IMG/VR virus record: IMGVR_UViG_3300037485_001872
Location: 70,123 to 134,122 of that record
Strand: one strand, 5' to 3'
From: a virus
DNA length: 64,000 bases
The notes under the pieces were generated by a model, which did no database searches, was not told where the DNA came from, and worked only from the letters and a program-made list of their open reading frames with translations. Positions 62,604 to 64,000 of the stretch are shown piece by piece; the stretch's first letter is position 1, and each line of letters begins with the position of its first letter. Position numbers and translations under genes: made by a program.

Positions 62604-64000
62604 TTATGCTATTACTCTCCATTTTGCATTTGTACTCTGAAGATTAAGTACTTCACCTGCGTTTAAGGTTTTAGTAGTTGTTTCTGAAAGAATACCACTT
62701 ACACCATTACCTATAACTTGACTTGAAGTGGTTGCAATTGTTATTGTACCTTCACCACTATTTACTATATTATAAAGTCTACCAGAACATCCTACTGCGG
62801 TAGGTAGTGTAACCGTAAAAGTACCACTTGTGCAATCTATTGTATAATCATTATTTAATATTGCGTATGTTGCTGTTACTGCTCTATATGGGAAACTTAC
62901 AGAACCATTTGCAACTTCTATGCCCCTAAAATCTGCTGCTGCTGTTAAAGTTGGATTAATGTATAGGCCACGAGTTATTCCATTTGCCCCACCTGTTTGG
63001 TTAATAGTAGGTGCTATCAACGTATTATTTAATACACCCGTACCACTTGTAGGTGCAAAACCTATTAAATTTTGTATTCCATATTTAGTTCCTGAAGTGT
63101 GGTCATATTGATTACCATAAAATAACCCAAAAACATGTCCTTGTGCGTAGCTTGCTGCTCCAAAATAACCGACACCATGTCCTGATGCTTTTCCTTCTGC
63201 TGTCCTAACAACTTGACCTACATTAGCCGTTAATACAAATCCTAGGTCATAATGAGTATAAGTAGTACCATTAACAGTTATATCACCATTTATTGTAGTA
63301 GTACCAGATGCTGTGGTTTTTATTCTGCTTACTCCACCTACTTGTAAGTTCATCAAATCACTTGTACTTCCACTTGCTGCATTCCCTGCTATTAAAGTTC
63401 CTGCGGCTGCACCTGTAAAAAATCCTGCTGTTGCTCCATTAAATGCTCCACTACCTAATGATACAAGACCGTAGTTTGCAGAGGCTGTTGGGGCTACGGG
63501 GATAGTTAGCATTCCTTTACCTGCCGCAAAAGTTCCTATATTTACCTTTTGGTCAAATGTAAAACCTACTGTTGATGGATGTGACCATCCACATAAATTA
63601 GGTATAGCACCATTTGTTCCATATAGTACCTGATATAAGACACCCCCATTTCCAGCCCTCATTTGTAAACTCGCATATCCAGCATCATCTAAATTCTGAG
63701 TATATATCCCTTTCTGTGAGCTTGTACCTGCACTTCCGCTATAATGAACGTGTAGAGATGTTGCGGGGCTCGCTATCCCAATCCCCACATTTCCATTATT
63801 CAAAATAGTCATTGCCTCCGTAGCACCGTTGTTACCTACAAGGAAGTGCATATCAGCACCTGTTGTTCCTACTCCTGATGTTGTTTTGAATGTTAATGGT
63901 GAAGTTGTCGTTGTTCCACCTACTATTAAGGGAGTAGTTAAAGATGTTACTAATGTACTTGCGCCTGAATTATCCACCTTAAACTTACTAACTCCCCCTA
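62604..64000 (-). CDS. tail fibre protein (5'-partial, open to the window edge)
   Basis: GNVGIG..SP...LHV repeat; C-terminal Y.I...DYTI.C..G..TVTLP.A....GR.Y.I.N domain; frame stays open past 63977. Confidence 0.7.
   Translation of the reverse strand, partial: GGVSKFKVDNSGASTLVTSLTTPLIVGGTTTTSPLTFKTTSGVGTTGADMHFLVGNNGATEAMTILNNGNVGIGIASPATSLHVHYSGSAGTSSQKGIYTQNLDDAGYASLQMRAGNGGVLYQVLYGTNGAIPNLCGWSHPSTVGFTFDQKVNIGTFAAGKGMLTIPVAPTASANYGLVSLGSGAFNGATAGFFTGAAAGTLIAGNAASGSTSDLMNLQVGGVSRIKTTASGTTTINGDITVNGTTYTHYDLGFVLTANVGQVVRTAEGKASGHGVGYFGAASYAQGHVFGLFYGNQYDHTSGTKYGIQNLIGFAPTSGTGVLNNTLIAPTINQTGGANGITRGLYINPTLTAAADFRGIEVANGSVSFPYRAVTATYAILNNDYTIDCTSGTFTVTLPTAVGCSGRLYNIVNSGEGTITIATTSSQVIGNGVSGILSETTTKTLNAGEVLNLQSTNAKWRVIA

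Noticed and set aside
6582-63808. Many short + strand ORFs (60-200 aa) opposite the long minus-strand genes
   Set aside because: Antisense shadow ORFs with no promoters or recognisable motifs, overlapping well-supported genes
1-64000. Stop-codon reassignment as in some crAss-like phages
   Set aside because: The standard code already gives dense, uninterrupted ORFs up to 4974 aa
1-64000. CRISPR array, diversity-generating retroelement, inteins or group I introns
   Set aside because: I saw no spaced repeat array, reverse transcriptase, template/variable repeat pair, intein termini or split genes around the endonucleases; this was by eye only

Overview
AT-rich 64-kb segment of a large tailed dsDNA phage with a crAss-like virion module. 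Bacteroidetes-type TAnnTTTG promoters and a T9SS-cargo-like gene point to a Bacteroidota host. Bases 1-5166 (+ strand) carry the end of a GroEL-like chaperonin, a DUF3310 protein, a DnaB-like helicase and small host-interaction genes (T9SS-cargo-like protein, LMW-PTP-like protein, SpoT-like HD hydrolase, a basic micro-protein). A bidirectional terminator near 5200 separates this arm from a 59-kb minus-strand virion and lysis region: tail fibres, lysis cassette, ring/IHF/muzzle-like tail genes, then five to six putative ejected cargo proteins ending in a 4974-aa giant. Four free-standing homing endonuclease genes are interspersed. The most unusual content is in the cargo proteins. The 4974-aa protein appears to be built by nested insertions and holds three ART-like domains, zincin and LPD23-like units, and an intact cobalamin-binding-like radical-SAM enzyme. 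The 2354-aa protein ends in repeat-delimited cassettes that include a ParB/Srx-like domain and a nicotianamine-synthase-like domain. The phage may therefore inject two SAM-using enzymes into the host. An 18-bp direct-repeat box lies a near-fixed 55-56 bp upstream of all three + strand promoters, which appear leaderless. All calls come from motif recognition by eye; no database searches were run.
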